A stretch of 64,000 nt of DNA from Candidatus Obscuribacteraceae bacterium. GTDB taxonomy: Bacteria > Cyanobacteriota > Vampirovibrionia > Obscuribacterales > Obscuribacteraceae. Of the stretch, positions 46,319 to 56,219 are shown in pieces; position 1 is the first letter of the stretch; the number at the start of each line of letters is the position of its first letter. The position numbers were made by a program, and so were the translations under genes. The stretch is from positions 736,001 to 800,000 of the forward strand of contig JBGASG010000001.1 in the NCBI GenBank assembly GCA_044229845.1, given 5' to 3'. The notes under the pieces were generated by a model. That model was not told the DNA's origin. It saw only the letters and a program-made list of their open reading frames with translations, and made no database searches.

Positions 46319-47038
46319 ATGATCATGGAATTTGACGAGAGACCTACCGTGGCTGAAAACGACGAATTTGCATCGGCATACGAGCTTGCCGCCAAGCGCT
46401 TCAGCGAAGATGAAGTGAAGGAAGGACCGCCGCAAACAGGGACCGGCGATAAGACGGGCACGACCGAAGTGAGTACGGGCACCGATTCAAAAACGCCCCC
46501 GTCCATCACGAACAGTGGCGATATCGCCAAAATGCAGTGGCCAGACAAGTGGGTGCCGGAGCCCGAGAAAAGCGCTTATGAGACCCTGAACCACAGTACC
46601 GCCTTCAATCCGGCCGCCGCCGGGGCGAAAGACGCTCGTCTGGTGGTCAATCTCAGTAAACCGAATGCCAATCCGGAACTGGAGGCTGCGGTGCGCTCGA
46701 TTTGTTCAAAGCCGCATCACGAGCTGACTCAAGATGAAATCAAATCGATTAAGCAGCTGCTCGGACCGCTGGGCGACCCGGAAGTGTTTAATCTCAAGGC
46801 GCGCACCGAAGAATTGAACGGACGCACCGTGCTGGCAGTGGACGGCAACTTCAAGACAGCCGACCGCAAACTCACCGGCTATCTGTTTACGACCGCCAAC
46901 AATGAGATGCAGAGTGTCTTTTTTTCGGCGCCCGCCAAGATTTTTGACGAATACAAACCGTCCGCGGATGCTGCCATGCGCTCGATCAAGTGGCGCGGCG
47001 CGCCGGCCTCGCAAGGTGCGACCGGCGAAATGAAATAG
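46319..47038 (+). CDS. Hypothetical protein with PsbP/Mog1/DcrB-like C-terminal domain
   Basis: PDKW...ELNGRTVL...VFFSAP...FDEY......MRSIKW pattern; begins 8 bp after the upstream stop. Confidence 0.65.
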   Translation: MIMEFDERPTVAENDEFASAYELAAKRFSEDEVKEGPPQTGTGDKTGTTEVSTGTDSKTPPSITNSGDIAKMQWPDKWVPEPEKSAYETLNHSTAFNPAAAGAKDARLVVNLSKPNANPELEAAVRSICSKPHHELTQDEIKSIKQLLGPLGDPEVFNLKARTEELNGRTVLAVDGNFKTADRKLTGYLFTTANNEMQSVFFSAPAKIFDEYKPSADAAMRSIKWRGAPASQGATGEMK

Positions 47039-47368
47039 CCTTTGGCTCCCGAAAGTCAAGTGATTGAACAAAACTGCTCATCCTGAGGGTGTCAAACGAG
47101 CAGTTTTGTCCAGCCTGGAATCGCAGGTCCACCGGACGTGTTCCGAGCGTGCAGATTTTGTGACACGGGGCCGTCAAAAAATCCGGACTGGGTTGCGTAT
47201 TCCCCCGGTCCCATGCGTATTCCTCCCATTGAATGACGCCTCGATCTAGGGTTTCATTACTAAGCTGACTGACGTGGTCCATCCACCAGGTCATTTCCCC
47301 CTCGTCTGAACGGTTCGTTCTTTTCCCGAGCCGCACGAGAAGAGCTATCAAAGGCTGCTGGATTCCCT

Positions 47369-49210
47369 ATGGGCAAAACTGGAGAAATCGGAGATCTCGG
47401 CACAGGCACCGGCAACGGCGCTAATCCATTTGTGCATTCGGACTCCGTTTTTAGCGACATCAACCCGAGAGCGCAACTGCAATTTTGGCAGGCTCAACGG
47501 GGTGCTGATGCTCCGGTCGGTGGGGACGCCACGATTGTGCAGCCGGCAGCCGTCAGCGATAAGATGCTGCCGCCGCGCAACACGCCGGAAGGCGAAGAGT
47601 TCTACAAAGCCATGGAGTCTCCCGGCGGCGCGATGCGTTTTTCGAGCCCGGCAGACAACGCCGCCGACGGCAAGACACCTGACTATCAACTGGTCAGCGA
47701 GAACGGACAGATTCGTCTGGTCCGCACTGGACAGGGCGATCCGATGGCCGACGGCGAGATGAACGTCGAAATCGATCCGGGCAACAAGAGTCTGCAAGAT
47801 GCGATCATGCAGAACGACAAGAATATGAAAGAGTTCGCCAGAGAGATGATTGCTTACTGGCAAAAGAATCACCCCGGCGAAGCCGTTCCTTCTATGTGGC
47901 AGTCTATTCTCGATAAGCAGCCCGATCTGCCGCCCGAGAAGTACACCCCGACTCCTATTTCGAGAACTCCCGGACCGAAAGTCAACACGCCCGAACCCAA
48001 TCCCCCATCCCCGAATCCGGGCTGGCAGAATGACTACCGCGGTGGGGGCGGCAGTGGATACGGTCGCAGTGGATATGGTGGCAGCCGCGGCAATCCCGGT
48101 GGTGACTCCTACTACCGTGGTGGACCGCAAGGCAATAACTGGAATGTCCCCAGCGATGTCCCGCAATGGCGCGACAATCAATTTATAGATAAGATCACCG
48201 CCACCGTCATGGCCAACGAACATGCTATGACGCCCGACGGCAAGCCGAACTTCACCGCCTACAACCCGGATGATAACGGCGGCATCTCGGTAGGCATTCG
48301 CCAGTGGCACCAGGGCGGTGCGCTGCCGGAACTGCTCAATGCATGGCAGCAAGCTGATCCGCAAAAATTCCAGGAATACTTCCAGGGCATGTCGCCTGCG
48401 CAGATCAACTCTATGAATGCGCAACAGTTCAAAGCTACCCCGGGTATGGAAGAGGGCATGATGAAGGCTCTCCAAGATCCGAAGTATCAACAAGTGCAAA
48501 CGCAGTTGATGCAAGACTGGGTGAAGCGCGAAGTGAAGATGGCGATGGACGGCGGTCTCACCGGCGAACGCGAAATCGCCACCTATGTCGATGTCGCCAA
48601 CTCGAAGGGTCAAGATGCTGCCAACCAATTGCTGACGATCGGCAAAGCCAAGGGCGATCAATCGGAAGTGATGAGCCAGGCAGTTCGCGGCGATGGCGGC
48701 GAACGTCAAGCTCGCATCCGCGAAAACTTCACCGACAAAGATGCATTGTTGCAACCGGCAAAACCGGAAATCGGCTCGTTCAACGAGAAGCTGGCACGAG
48801 CAGTGGAAGTCTGGGATTCGCGCATGTCGGGAACCGGATACTGCGCACGTGCCGTACAGCGCGCCATGGCCGATGCGGGATTGCCGCAATTTGTCGGTTC
48901 CGGTAACGCGTGGGACATGATGGGCCCACTCAAGCGCAGCGGCTTGTTCGTGGAAATTCCGATGTCCGAAGCCCAGCGCGGCGATATCATCGTCAGACCG
49001 CCGCATTCAGGTGGCAGCGTCTACGGCGACATCTCAGTCGTCACTGCCCGCTCCGGCAACCGGATTCAACAAACCAACGATGCGACCTATGAATTCCGTC
49101 CGGAAAATCCGCGTTACGGTGGACAAGCTGTGTTCTTGCGCTACGTCGGCGATCAGCGCAATACCGCCACCGAAGACCAAGCCAATCCTAAGAAAACGAC
49201 CAGCGGCTAA
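47369..49210 (+). CDS. Putative two-domain peptidoglycan hydrolase (lysozyme-like plus NlpC/P60/CHAP-like)
   Basis: ANE...GISVGIRQW and GYCARAVQRA...GNAWD...GDIIV...YGDI motifs. Confidence 0.65.
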   Translation: MGKTGEIGDLGTGTGNGANPFVHSDSVFSDINPRAQLQFWQAQRGADAPVGGDATIVQPAAVSDKMLPPRNTPEGEEFYKAMESPGGAMRFSSPADNAADGKTPDYQLVSENGQIRLVRTGQGDPMADGEMNVEIDPGNKSLQDAIMQNDKNMKEFAREMIAYWQKNHPGEAVPSMWQSILDKQPDLPPEKYTPTPISRTPGPKVNTPEPNPPSPNPGWQNDYRGGGGSGYGRSGYGGSRGNPGGDSYYRGGPQGNNWNVPSDVPQWRDNQFIDKITATVMANEHAMTPDGKPNFTAYNPDDNGGISVGIRQWHQGGALPELLNAWQQADPQKFQEYFQGMSPAQINSMNAQQFKATPGMEEGMMKALQDPKYQQVQTQLMQDWVKREVKMAMDGGLTGEREIATYVDVANSKGQDAANQLLTIGKAKGDQSEVMSQAVRGDGGERQARIRENFTDKDALLQPAKPEIGSFNEKLARAVEVWDSRMSGTGYCARAVQRAMADAGLPQFVGSGNAWDMMGPLKRSGLFVEIPMSEAQRGDIIVRPPHSGGSVYGDISVVTARSGNRIQQTNDATYEFRPENPRYGGQAVFLRYVGDQRNTATEDQANPKKTTSG

Positions 49211-50283
49211 CGGTGCCCAGCCAGTGCTGATGTGGGCGCGTTCTTCAGCACGCGTCCGACCAGGGTGACAAGTTCCAGCAGCATGCCCTTGTTTCTCACC
49301 TCGGCAAAATTGTGGTATTCGAGAATGTGATACTTGGCGCCTTTGGCGACCAGGTTGGTGTCCAGATCCTCGAACAAGTCTTCGCCATGAAATGAGTTGC
49401 CCACCTGCATGACGATGATGTTCACCTCGTAGGGCTTGGTGACTTTCTTCGACGCTTCGATAAGCATCTCTTGCAGTGGCAAACCGACGTTGCCCCCGTC
49501 AGTGAGCACTGCCACTACCAGTGGTTGCTTGCCGAATTCCTTCGAGGTGTAGTAATCATTGAGCACCGAGGACAGAGCTGCCGAAAGCCGCTTGTCGGCG
49601 CCCTCGGGCTTGATGCGTTGGAATACTTGCTTCAAATCCCAAAGATTGACGCGGTTATGACGCTCGAATCTGTCGTTAAACAATACCAGGTCAAAGCCTT
49701 TATCGAGCACGCGTTCTGTACCGATGTACATGTTGTCGACCTGCTGCTGGCACCAGGTCCATTTAGTCAAATCACCGGGCACACCGGCGTTAAAATCAGC
49801 CATGGAAGCCGAACGATCGAGCATGACCACGATTTTGCACTTGCCGAGATCTTCCAGTTCTTTATCGAACGCGGAGGCGGCGAAGGTCAGTGGAATGTTG
49901 CGGTGCTTGAAGTCGGCCTTCAGTCCGGCGATATTGGTGGCAATGCTGGCGCGATAAGTCTTGCCGTTTCTCTGAATGGTGAGGTCGATGCTATCGGGTC
50001 CGACATCGGCATCCGTGACGGTGTCGCCCTCCCGCAATCCGGAGTAGGCTGCGGTGCTACCCAGGGATATTTTCGCCACCTTAGCCGGCAATTTACCGCG
50101 ACTGAGGGTCACTCCCGACCCTGATGACAGGTAGGAGAATTCATCGATTTGACCGAAGAGCTTCATCGGTTTCTTCTTAGACTCTTCCGCAGAGCACGCC
50201 GACGTGCCGAAACTGAAGAGGGCTGCGGAAAGGACGGCGGCGACGAAACAAACAGCAAGCGGCGGTAACGCGACTTTGATCAC
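49207..50283 (-). CDS. Exported PDZ-like plus vWA domain protein
   Basis: Signal peptide; AAYSGLREGD (PDZ-like); MIDAS DRSAS and VLTDG. Confidence 0.75.
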   Translation of the reverse strand: MIKVALPPLAVCFVAAVLSAALFSFGTSACSAEESKKKPMKLFGQIDEFSYLSSGSGVTLSRGKLPAKVAKISLGSTAAYSGLREGDTVTDADVGPDSIDLTIQRNGKTYRASIATNIAGLKADFKHRNIPLTFAASAFDKELEDLGKCKIVVMLDRSASMADFNAGVPGDLTKWTWCQQQVDNMYIGTERVLDKGFDLVLFNDRFERHNRVNLWDLKQVFQRIKPEGADKRLSAALSSVLNDYYTSKEFGKQPLVVAVLTDGGNVGLPLQEMLIEASKKVTKPYEVNIIVMQVGNSFHGEDLFEDLDTNLVAKGAKYHILEYHNFAEVRNKGMLLELVTLVGRVLKNAPTSALAGHR

Positions 50284-50284
50284 T

Positions 50285-51682
50285 TTAGTTACCTGACTTC
50301 TTCTTGATTGTCAGCTTGCCTGGTACTGCCTTTAGTGGCGTCTCCGGAATCGGCTCCAGTGGCTTTTGATTCTCTATGTGCACATAGTTCTTGTTATTGA
50401 TGGTGGTGCCGATCGGCATGATCATGGTGGAGCCGTGCATGTTTTTCATCTGTGAGTTGATACCGCTGGCTTGTGTGACCATTGAGTTGAGGCTCTCCTT
50501 GGCACCGGAGATCAATCCTGCGACATCGCGGTCGTAGAGCTCCTGAGCGGATTTGATTCTTTTCAAAGCGCGCTCGGTGGCGCGCGCCATGTCGTCTTCC
50601 ATGGGAGACTTCTGGCGGTCATCCCGTCTTGGAATGGTGGAGTTGTTCAACTGCCAGGCAGCACTCTGTTGCAGTTTAAAGGATGCTCCATATGAAACCT
50701 TGATATTGAAGATCTCCTGAATCAGCTGCTTGCGAATGTAGGAAGTCTGTTGATCCAGTGAGTTCTGTTTGTTCTCGACGTCTTGCTTGAGGCGGATAAA
50801 CAGCTGCTTCACAAGTCCACGTGTGGATGGCTCGTAGGTGCTCAGTTCGCCGAAGACATCCTTCATGCTGAGAAACTTAGCGGCGATCTCCGGCGACAGT
50901 TCCGTGCCGAACGGATCATAGGGAGTCTCATTGTTGAGGTTGGATGAAAGCGTCTGCCCGAGAGCATTCTTGGCGTTGTCTTTTTTCTCCGCAGGCTTCT
51001 CCGGCACGGCGCGCACATCAATCTTGGTTGGAGAGAGCATGCGATTCTCTGCGCGCAGCTCCTTCATTTGCAGTTCGTCTACTTCTTCCTCTGCTTCGTT
51101 GCGCAGACGCTCCATCTCCAGACCATAGTTAGGCGTCGTTTTCGGATTGAGGCTTTGCAAGTGGTCTTGCAGCCTTTCATAAAGTGATGTGATGCGAGCT
51201 TTGAACGTTTGCCTGGCATTTGTGATGTCGCGTTGCGCTCGGTTGTATTGAGCGTCGATGGCGGCTTCTGAGAGCAATGTATCTTTCTGAGCTGCCACTG
51301 CCTTCGGGTCCGGTCCGGTGGGCTCAGGCGGTTTTTCCACCTTGCCGGAAAGCGCTTCCAGAGCTTGCAACGAATATTGACCGGCCTGGGACGCCGGGGC
51401 GATGCGCACGCAGTGGGCGAACATCTTTGAGGCATTGTCGCGCTGTTCGAGCTTCAGGTAGCAGTTGCCCAGATAGTAAATGACGTTGGGGTCCTGCGGG
51501 TTCTGGCGACTGCGGTAATCGAGATAGCGGAGCGCCGTCTGATAGTCACCTTTGTTGTATGCATCGATGCCGGCCTTGGACATGGCTTCTAAATTCGGAT
51601 TGACAGGGGTCACCTCTCCGCTGCCATAGGCGGGAATCGCCAGCAGCAGGCAGATTACGGCAAGCATGACGTGTCTCATCAT
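50285..51682 (-). CDS. Exported TPR/coiled-coil protein
   Basis: Signal peptide; GIDAYNKGDY..A and YYLGNCY TPR motifs. Confidence 0.8.
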   Translation of the reverse strand: MMRHVMLAVICLLLAIPAYGSGEVTPVNPNLEAMSKAGIDAYNKGDYQTALRYLDYRSRQNPQDPNVIYYLGNCYLKLEQRDNASKMFAHCVRIAPASQAGQYSLQALEALSGKVEKPPEPTGPDPKAVAAQKDTLLSEAAIDAQYNRAQRDITNARQTFKARITSLYERLQDHLQSLNPKTTPNYGLEMERLRNEAEEEVDELQMKELRAENRMLSPTKIDVRAVPEKPAEKKDNAKNALGQTLSSNLNNETPYDPFGTELSPEIAAKFLSMKDVFGELSTYEPSTRGLVKQLFIRLKQDVENKQNSLDQQTSYIRKQLIQEIFNIKVSYGASFKLQQSAAWQLNNSTIPRRDDRQKSPMEDDMARATERALKRIKSAQELYDRDVAGLISGAKESLNSMVTQASGINSQMKNMHGSTMIMPIGTTINNKNYVHIENQKPLEPIPETPLKAVPGKLTIKKKSGN

Positions 51683-51873
51683 GCCGATTACTTACCCGGT
51701 ACAGGCAGACGATAAGCGATTGGTGAAGGAGCATCAGCACTGGACTGTGCGAGCTTTTTGTGATCGAGGACCGAATTTTGCTTTTCCCGGAACATAGGGG
51801 CGATCCCGCAGTCGTTGGGGTTTAGCATGCACCTCTCGGTTGTTTGTGTTGCTTGTGATTGCTGGAGGCCCCC

Positions 51874-52878
51874 ATGAGACAGGCTCGGTTGAGCGCAAAG
51901 GCGGTATTCTGTGCCGCTTGGCTGACTATTGTCGGCGGACTGTTGATGTTACTGGCGGCACAGATGCAGGCGGTGGGATTTCCGCTGAGCGGACCGGTAG
52001 CCGGAAGCGGTGACTACCTGGCAGAGATGGTGGAGGGCGGCGCCTATCGCTGGACGCCCGATCACATGCCGCTGAGGGTCTACATCGCTGATGGCTCGGG
52101 CGTCTCGGCATATCGACCGCAATTCAAACAGTTGATGCGCGATGCGTTCAATTCATGGATGCAGGCAGCGGCCGGTAAATTATCATGGGTCGAAGTCAGC
52201 GATCCGCGCCAAGCCGACATTATCACCAACTGGTCGGATAGCATTAGTATCCGCAACGGACAGCTGGAAGCCGGGCGAACGACTGCGGTCACCCAGACCG
52301 ACCGGCGGACAGGCGAACGTTCTCTGGTGGCGGCTGATGTCAAAATATTGACGCGCATCGGAGCGAAAGTTTTTTCCGACGATGAAATCCGCAAGACCAC
52401 CTTGCATGAAGTCGGGCATGCTCTAGGGCTGCAAGGTCACTCGCACTTGTCCAGCGACATCATGTATGCCAGTCTCTCGCGCAATCAAGTGCCTTTTCTG
52501 CAAGATCGCGATGCGGCAACTATCTCGCACCTATACGCGGGATATCCGCCGGCTGGCGCCGCAGGTGGTGGCAGCTGGATAGCTAGGCGTTTGCCACCAT
52601 GGCTGCAGGGTGGTGTGCCTGAAGTGGCTATGTCGCCGCATGCCCGACGCAACTCGCAGGATGCCTGGCAGGGTGCCAATGCGCCGTTTGCCCAGTTTTT
52701 CGGTGGCGGCGTCGACCAGAGACCGCCGTTCGCTCAGGGTAGTTTCAGGCGTCGTCGTGGCGGCGGCTATGGCGCTGGCGGTGGCTACGGATTTGCCGGC
52801 GGTGGCTATGGTGCCGGATATGGTGGCTACGGCGGCGGCGCAGACACTTACGTCCCGCAATACCAGGCTGGTTACTGA
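51874..52878 (+). CDS. Matrixin (M10) metzincin with Gly/Tyr-rich tail
   Basis: HEVGHALGLQGHS and DIMY Met-turn; N-terminal TM/signal segment. Confidence 0.9.
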   Translation: MRQARLSAKAVFCAAWLTIVGGLLMLLAAQMQAVGFPLSGPVAGSGDYLAEMVEGGAYRWTPDHMPLRVYIADGSGVSAYRPQFKQLMRDAFNSWMQAAAGKLSWVEVSDPRQADIITNWSDSISIRNGQLEAGRTTAVTQTDRRTGERSLVAADVKILTRIGAKVFSDDEIRKTTLHEVGHALGLQGHSHLSSDIMYASLSRNQVPFLQDRDAATISHLYAGYPPAGAAGGGSWIARRLPPWLQGGVPEVAMSPHARRNSQDAWQGANAPFAQFFGGGVDQRPPFAQGSFRRRRGGGYGAGGGYGFAGGGYGAGYGGYGGGADTYVPQYQAGY

Positions 52879-52887
52879 GGCGATTTC

Positions 52888-54240
52888 TCAAGCAATCAGA
52901 GCTGGTCTTGCTACCTGTTCTTCTTCCGGTTTCGTGATTACAGCGCTCTGCACGCTGCCGTCAGTCTTCGGCATGAAGAAAGTGGCCACGGCGCCGATCA
53001 GGTAGACGGCCGCGACGCTGGCGGCGGCTGTCGAATAAGACCCACCAAAGAGTGCAATCAGCTGCCCGCCGCCAATGGCCGCCAGAGCGGCGAAAACGCG
53101 TCCGGAGTTATAGCTGAAACCAAATGCGGTGCTGCGCATGCGGGTCGGAAAGAGTTCCGGCACGTAGACAAACAGCACGACGAAAGGCAAAATCGTCACG
53201 GCTCCGATTACGAACGCCCAGATCAAAAGGGGCGCACCGAATGACTTAACGGTTGTGAACATGGCGACACACGCGGCATAACTCGCTACAGAGCCGATGA
53301 AGAAACAACGTTTGCGCCCCCACAGATGCACCAGTTTGCCGCCGAATGTTCCGCAGGTCACAAGTCCGATGTTCATGACGATGGTGGTGATACTGCGCTC
53401 GGTGATCGCCTCCGTGCCGGTGATTTGTGTTATCCAGGCCGGTATCCACGCCAGCACCGCCCAGTATCCCATGATGCAAGACGCTGCCATGGCGACCACA
53501 GTAAATGTCTTGTGCCGCGTGCCGCTCGCGAAGAGGGCGGTGAAGCTGTTGCGCAGCAACTCTTTTTCCTGGTATGTGCGCAATTCAGGAAGTTTGAGGC
53601 GAGCGCGTTTGCGTGCTTCGGCGATGAATGCGAATTCTTCGGTGTCTTTCAGTTTGGCGCGCACGTAAAAGGTGAGCAATGCCGGCGTCACTCCAACTAG
53701 AAACAGAATGCGCCAGCCGAGAGAGCCGAAACACAGATTGAGCAGCGAAGTCGCCAGGTAGCCCCAACCGAATGCCGAGACCATAACGCCCATGGCATGC
53801 AGGCGAGATTTGCCGCGCCAGGTCTCGGACAGGATTACGCCGCCGATTCCGATTTCGCCGCCGATGCCGCACCCGACTAGAAACCGGCAGAACGCCAGCT
53901 CCTGCCATGTATGAACGAACGCGCAGAGTCCGGTGCAGAGCGCATAGGTAAGGATGGTGATCATCATGGTCTTGGCGCGACCGATTTTGTCGGCCAGCAT
54001 GCCGAACAAAATGGCGCCCGTAGCCCAGCCGAGCATGAAGATGGCCAGCACATAGCTGCCGTATTGACCGACCATCGCCGGTGACTTAGTGCCGATCAAC
54101 TCACCCAGCGCCGGAACCAACACCATCACGTAGATGGTGGCGTCCAGTCCGTCGAAGAATGCGCCCAGCCAGGCAGCCGTGAAGGCGTGCCATTTTGATG
54201 CCTGCTCAGGACTGCCGAGACATTCGTCTCGGAGCCTCAT
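52888..54240 (-). CDS. MFS transporter
   Basis: FDGLD, GMLADKIGR and PELFPTRMR motifs; about 12 TM helices. Confidence 0.93.
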   Translation of the reverse strand: MRLRDECLGSPEQASKWHAFTAAWLGAFFDGLDATIYVMVLVPALGELIGTKSPAMVGQYGSYVLAIFMLGWATGAILFGMLADKIGRAKTMMITILTYALCTGLCAFVHTWQELAFCRFLVGCGIGGEIGIGGVILSETWRGKSRLHAMGVMVSAFGWGYLATSLLNLCFGSLGWRILFLVGVTPALLTFYVRAKLKDTEEFAFIAEARKRARLKLPELRTYQEKELLRNSFTALFASGTRHKTFTVVAMAASCIMGYWAVLAWIPAWITQITGTEAITERSITTIVMNIGLVTCGTFGGKLVHLWGRKRCFFIGSVASYAACVAMFTTVKSFGAPLLIWAFVIGAVTILPFVVLFVYVPELFPTRMRSTAFGFSYNSGRVFAALAAIGGGQLIALFGGSYSTAAASVAAVYLIGAVATFFMPKTDGSVQSAVITKPEEEQVARPALIA

Positions 54241-54490
54241 TAAGGATGCGAACATAAATCCCGCCCATGTGACCGCAATTGCAGACAATCGTATGGATGC
54301 GGCCGCCTCTTGGCAAATTAACGAATGGCAATCAGGGGGGTAATTACGCGCGTTTACCACACATTTTGCAACGTGCCGGATTTATGTGGCGACCGCACAA
54401 AATGGCAACTCGCCAGGTGCACTGGTGCAACCTGACGAGTCGCGAGCAAACTCGTGGTCTTGCCGAGTCTGCACAAACCGATCTGATCGA

Positions 54491-55006
54491 TTAAGAGTTG
54501 GCGCCTACTGCTTCTTTCTGAGCGGTGGAGAGCACTGCTTGCAGTTTTGCTTCGTCTTCGTGGCTGAGCGAGGTTTTGATGATGTGCCCGCCCGTGCCTT
54601 GCAGGTGCTCATCAACCTTGTCGGTGGTTGCCGAGCGCACCAGTACGAATAGAGCAGATGTTCCAGGTTGCAGGGTTTGAGCGACCTGTTTGATGAAGTC
54701 ATCGTTGATGCCGACATCAGCCAGCGCGCCGGTAATCGCACCGGAAGCGGCGCCGACCGCAGCGCCCAGAAGCGGGCTCAAAAACAAGAGGCCGACCAAC
54801 GCTCCCCAGAAAGTCCCCTGGAAAGCGCCGAGCGCGGGCAGATTGACGGCTTGACGGAGCTTGACCTTGCCATCCTGTTTCTTCACGACAACTACTGCGT
54901 CTTCCAGATCGATCAAATATTCTCTTTGCAGTTTCAAGAGCGTCATGCGGACGTCGTCCGCTTTGTGCATGTCGTCGTAGCCGACAACGATAAGATGTGC
55001 CATCAC
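54491..55006 (-). CDS. DUF1269-family membrane protein
   Basis: LEDAVVV...G.FWGALVGLLF...DVGINDDF...PGTSALF. Confidence 0.85.
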   Translation of the reverse strand: MMAHLIVVGYDDMHKADDVRMTLLKLQREYLIDLEDAVVVVKKQDGKVKLRQAVNLPALGAFQGTFWGALVGLLFLSPLLGAAVGAASGAITGALADVGINDDFIKQVAQTLQPGTSALFVLVRSATTDKVDEHLQGTGGHIIKTSLSHEDEAKLQAVLSTAQKEAVGANS

Positions 55007-55124
55007 ATACCTCGGTGTTCAAGGGGACATTTAGCTGAGGGGCGCATCATACTACTACCTGTGCGGCAGCACATGAAACGGTCGGCGAGGCGTTACTGCT
55101 TATGTGCCATCGTGGGCGGTGTCA

Positions 55125-55751
55125 CTATTTGTCGCCGGGGACAATGGCGTCGCTGATCGCGAAGAACGCGTTGTATGTCGCACGCGCCCCATCTAGCAGG
55201 GCTTGTTGCTCATCGACGGTGTTCAGGTCCTAGACGAATTTCTTCCAGAGAGCGGCGAATTCGGGGCCGTACGGGTCCAGGTATTCATGTCGATCTTCCC
55301 GTCCCCAGGCGCTTCGCAGTTGATGAGCCATGTACTTGCCGCCGTGCTTGCTGCCCAACAAAACGTAAAGTGCCCCCAGTAGAGCTACATCATTTTCTGC
55401 GAATGTACCTTCGTATCCAAACCTGTTGGTCTCGGGCAATGAGGCTGAGTTCTGAAGGATGTCGCCATGTTCTGCACTCAGCCGTTCCAGATCACGCTCT
55501 AAAAACTCTTGCTGAAAGTGATCGTTAGCGAGCACTCGGTTGAAAGGCTCCTTGTCAGCCAGTTCCTTCAAGCGGGCTTCGAACGCTGTGTGCAATACAT
55601 GCAGATGCTGCAAATAGCGCGCGTAGTTCTCTCGCGAGATGGCAGCCGATGCCAGCTGTTTCTGCAGAGGATGTTGCTCGATGCGTTCGTGCAACTCGCG
55701 CGTGGTGGTGCGCAGGGCATCACTATTCGGTGTGGGGGTAGTTGAACTCAT
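55125..55751 (-). pseudogene. Biliverdin-producing heme oxygenase with in-frame TAG at 55230-55232
   Basis: LRTTTRELH, YARYL, LERDL and YVLLGSKHGG motifs; the frame continues 34 codons past the TAG. Confidence 0.75.
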
Positions 55752-55868
55752 GGGCGTATTGTACAGCCAGTCCGCCGCCGGTGTTCGCAGATTAAAATCA
55801 TCGGCGAAATGGAACTCAGGTGCCTTGCAGTGCTGTCATCTCATTCAGCGTCTCCAATGGGTGAAGAA

Positions 55869-56219
55869 ATGAGAAATCAGATGATCATGCTTGTGGCAGC
55901 AACCTTCGTGTTAGGTGGATTGACTGGCTGCGGATCTGCCGAAGACAAGCAAATTGCGCAAGAACAGAAGCAAGTGGAAAAGAACGCAGATCTGTCGAAG
56001 AAACAGATTGACCTCAACGCCGACCAGGCTAGAGAAACTGTGGACAATAACTTAGACGCAGACAAGAAAACGCTGGATCAGGCAAAAGACGATATCAACA
56101 AGGTTGCCGGCGACACCAAAGAGCAGATCGACCTCAAAGAGAAGGTAGAAAAGGCCAAGGTCGATGCGGCAGCCAAGAAAGCCAAGGCTGAGCTGGAAGT
56201 CGAGAAGAAGAACAACTAG
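55869..56219 (+). CDS. Small helical lipoprotein
   Basis: LTGC lipobox; Lys/Asp/Ala-rich coiled region. Confidence 0.8.
   Translation: MRNQMIMLVAATFVLGGLTGCGSAEDKQIAQEQKQVEKNADLSKKQIDLNADQARETVDNNLDADKKTLDQAKDDINKVAGDTKEQIDLKEKVEKAKVDAAAKKAKAELEVEKKNN

Noticed and set aside
47348..49006. 552-aa antisense ORF
   Set aside because: Mirror frame of a codon-biased gene; no motifs.
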